Shown here: in pieces, positions 43,678-45,083 of the stretch
How the letters are laid out: each line of letters starts with the position of its first letter
Position numbering within the stretch: position 1 is the first letter of the stretch
DNA from: an uncultured delta proteobacterium
Lineage (GTDB): Bacteria; Myxococcota_A; Polyangia; Polyangiales; B10-G4
Reading direction: 5' to 3'
Assembly: GCA_963727445.1 (NCBI GenBank)
Contig: CAVSGI010000024.1
Location: 1-45,083, forward strand
Length of the DNA stretch: 45,083 nt
Program-made: the position numbers and the translations under genes
The notes under the pieces: model-generated
Seen by the model: the letters and a program-made list of their open reading frames with translations, nothing else
The model's database searches: none
Told to the model about the DNA's origin: nothing

Positions 43678-44247
43678 ATGAAAAAGAGCGTCTTGATTGC
43701 GGCGATCCTCTGCGCCTTCTTCGGCCTGGGCTGTGAGCTCGCCGGACCCCTCCTGATCGGGGAGGCCACCAAGGGCGACGACCCCGGTGGATCGACGAGC
43801 GCGGCCCTGACCGTGAGCGTCGACAGCGCCGAAGGCACGGTGGCCGGGCGGAACCTCGCCCCCGAGATGTTCGAAGCCACGGGCGACCGCGTGGGCCAGG
43901 AGGTGCAGATCCAGCTCCGCACGGCGGGGGATCTCGAGCTCTGGATGACGACGCAGACCGACACCTCCAGCACCAACCCTTATGGGGGCGGTGACTTCGG
44001 TGGCGACTTCGGCGATGGGAGCCGAGGCGGCGCCGTGCCGGTCCCGCCGCCCGAAGGCGGGTCGGACAACGCCCCGACGGAGCCCTTCGCCGAGCTGAAC
44101 GTCTGCGAGTCGGGGGTCTGCCGACCGGCGGACGACTTCGGGATTGAGATCGTCCAGACCGAGAGCGGCCGCGACGCGATCGTGGACGGAGTCTGGGGCG
44201 AGGAGGAAGCGATCCACGTCTCGCTTCACTACACCGAAGCACGCTGA
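43678..44247 (+). CDS. Hypothetical lipoprotein
   Basis: MKKSVLIAAILCAFFGLGC; GGAG RBS. Confidence 0.75.
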   Translation: MKKSVLIAAILCAFFGLGCELAGPLLIGEATKGDDPGGSTSAALTVSVDSAEGTVAGRNLAPEMFEATGDRVGQEVQIQLRTAGDLELWMTTQTDTSSTNPYGGGDFGGDFGDGSRGGAVPVPPPEGGSDNAPTEPFAELNVCESGVCRPADDFGIEIVQTESGRDAIVDGVWGEEEAIHVSLHYTEAR

Positions 44248-44252
44248 CGGCG

Positions 44253-44811
44253 ATGCGCCGCGCTCTCTTCGCTTCGATGCTGGCTCTCGCCGTCGGCGCT
44301 TGCGACGGCGGGAGCGACCTGCGCGAGCAGATCGCATTGGCGGGTGTGTACTCGCCGACGCGCAGCGACGGCGGGCACGACGCGGTGCTCGCGCTCGGCC
44401 AGCTGCTCTTCTTCGACAAGGAGCTCAGCGGTAATCGCAACATCGCGTGCGCTTCCTGTCACATGCCGGCGGACCACGCGGGCGATCAGCTCGCGCTCGG
44501 GCGCGGGCAGGGCGCGACGGGAACCGGGATCGCGCGAGAGGGCGGCGAGACGCTTCCGCGCAACACCGTGTCGCCCTTCAACCGGAGCTTCGCGGAGAGC
44601 CTCTTCTGGGATGGGCGCGTGGAGAAGCTTCCGGATGGCTCGCTGTCGGCGCCGGTGCCGCTGCCCGAGGGGACGCGGACGCTCCTCGAGGCGCAGGCGC
44701 TGATACCGATCCTGAATCGCAGCGAGATGCGCGGTCAGGTGGGTGACGTCGACACGTTGGGCAATTTCGAACGAGCTCGCGGTGATCGGCGACGACGACC
44801 CGGACGCGGTG
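44253..44811 (+). CDS. Di-haem cytochrome c peroxidase/MauG family lipoprotein, 5' half only
   Basis: LGQLLFFDKELSGN..IACASCH, RNT, FWDGR, QA..PI....EM.G. Confidence 0.88.
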
Positions 44812-45083
44812 CTGACGAAGCAGGCCGTGGCGAACAGCGGACGCGATGGTCGCCGGCGGCCTTGACCAGCCCGGTCTGAAGCTGGGCTACACCGGCGGTT
44901 CGACCGGCATGCTGCTCGCAATTTGATTACACCGATGAGAAAACCGAACACATGCGCGCCGGCATGATGCGCAGCTACCGCTGGGCGGGGTGGCCGGCCG
45001 GCGACCGGGTGCTGAACTTCTGGGGTGCACAGCAGGATATCCGCAAGAACAAGACGAATGGTTGAGCGGCGGCAAGGCAAGGG
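44809..45083 (+). other. Internal fragment of a phenylacetate-CoA ligase/CapK-family gene, frameshifted
   Basis: Across frames reads VLTKQAV...LGYTGGSTG...QFDYTDEKTEHMRAGMMRSYRWAG...GDRVLNFWGAQ. Confidence 0.7.

Overview
High-GC bacterial DNA with a myxobacterial (Myxococcota, Polyangiales-like) gene repertoire. Scattered single-base indels look like long-read assembly errors. Bases 1-11.1 kb are a mobile/defence mosaic organised by three direct copies of a 126-bp sequence (1410-1526, 5570-5695, 9293-9418). This sequence is the oriIS end of an ISCR/IS91-like rolling-circle transposon (transposase 9507-10970). The two orphan ori copies each head about 4 kb of cargo where the transposase would normally sit: an Mrr restriction nuclease, a superinfection-immunity protein, a second diverged mrr fragment, EVE/HNH/IS66 fragments and an indel-riddled metG. 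An IS1111-type IS110 element (1-1411) sits inside the first ori copy. Its downstream non-coding region has a bridge-RNA layout whose four guide segments match the oriIS nick region and the element's own circle junction. From 11.1 kb on the window is ordinary myxobacterial chromosome: PiT-like transporter, CglD-like TSP3/vWA lipoprotein, fbp, four Ser/Thr kinases (one fused to a receiver domain), PpiD/SurA, MoaD-MoaE fusion, ECF sigma/FecR cluster. It ends in a probable chimeric junction. All calls come from reading motifs by eye; no searches were run.
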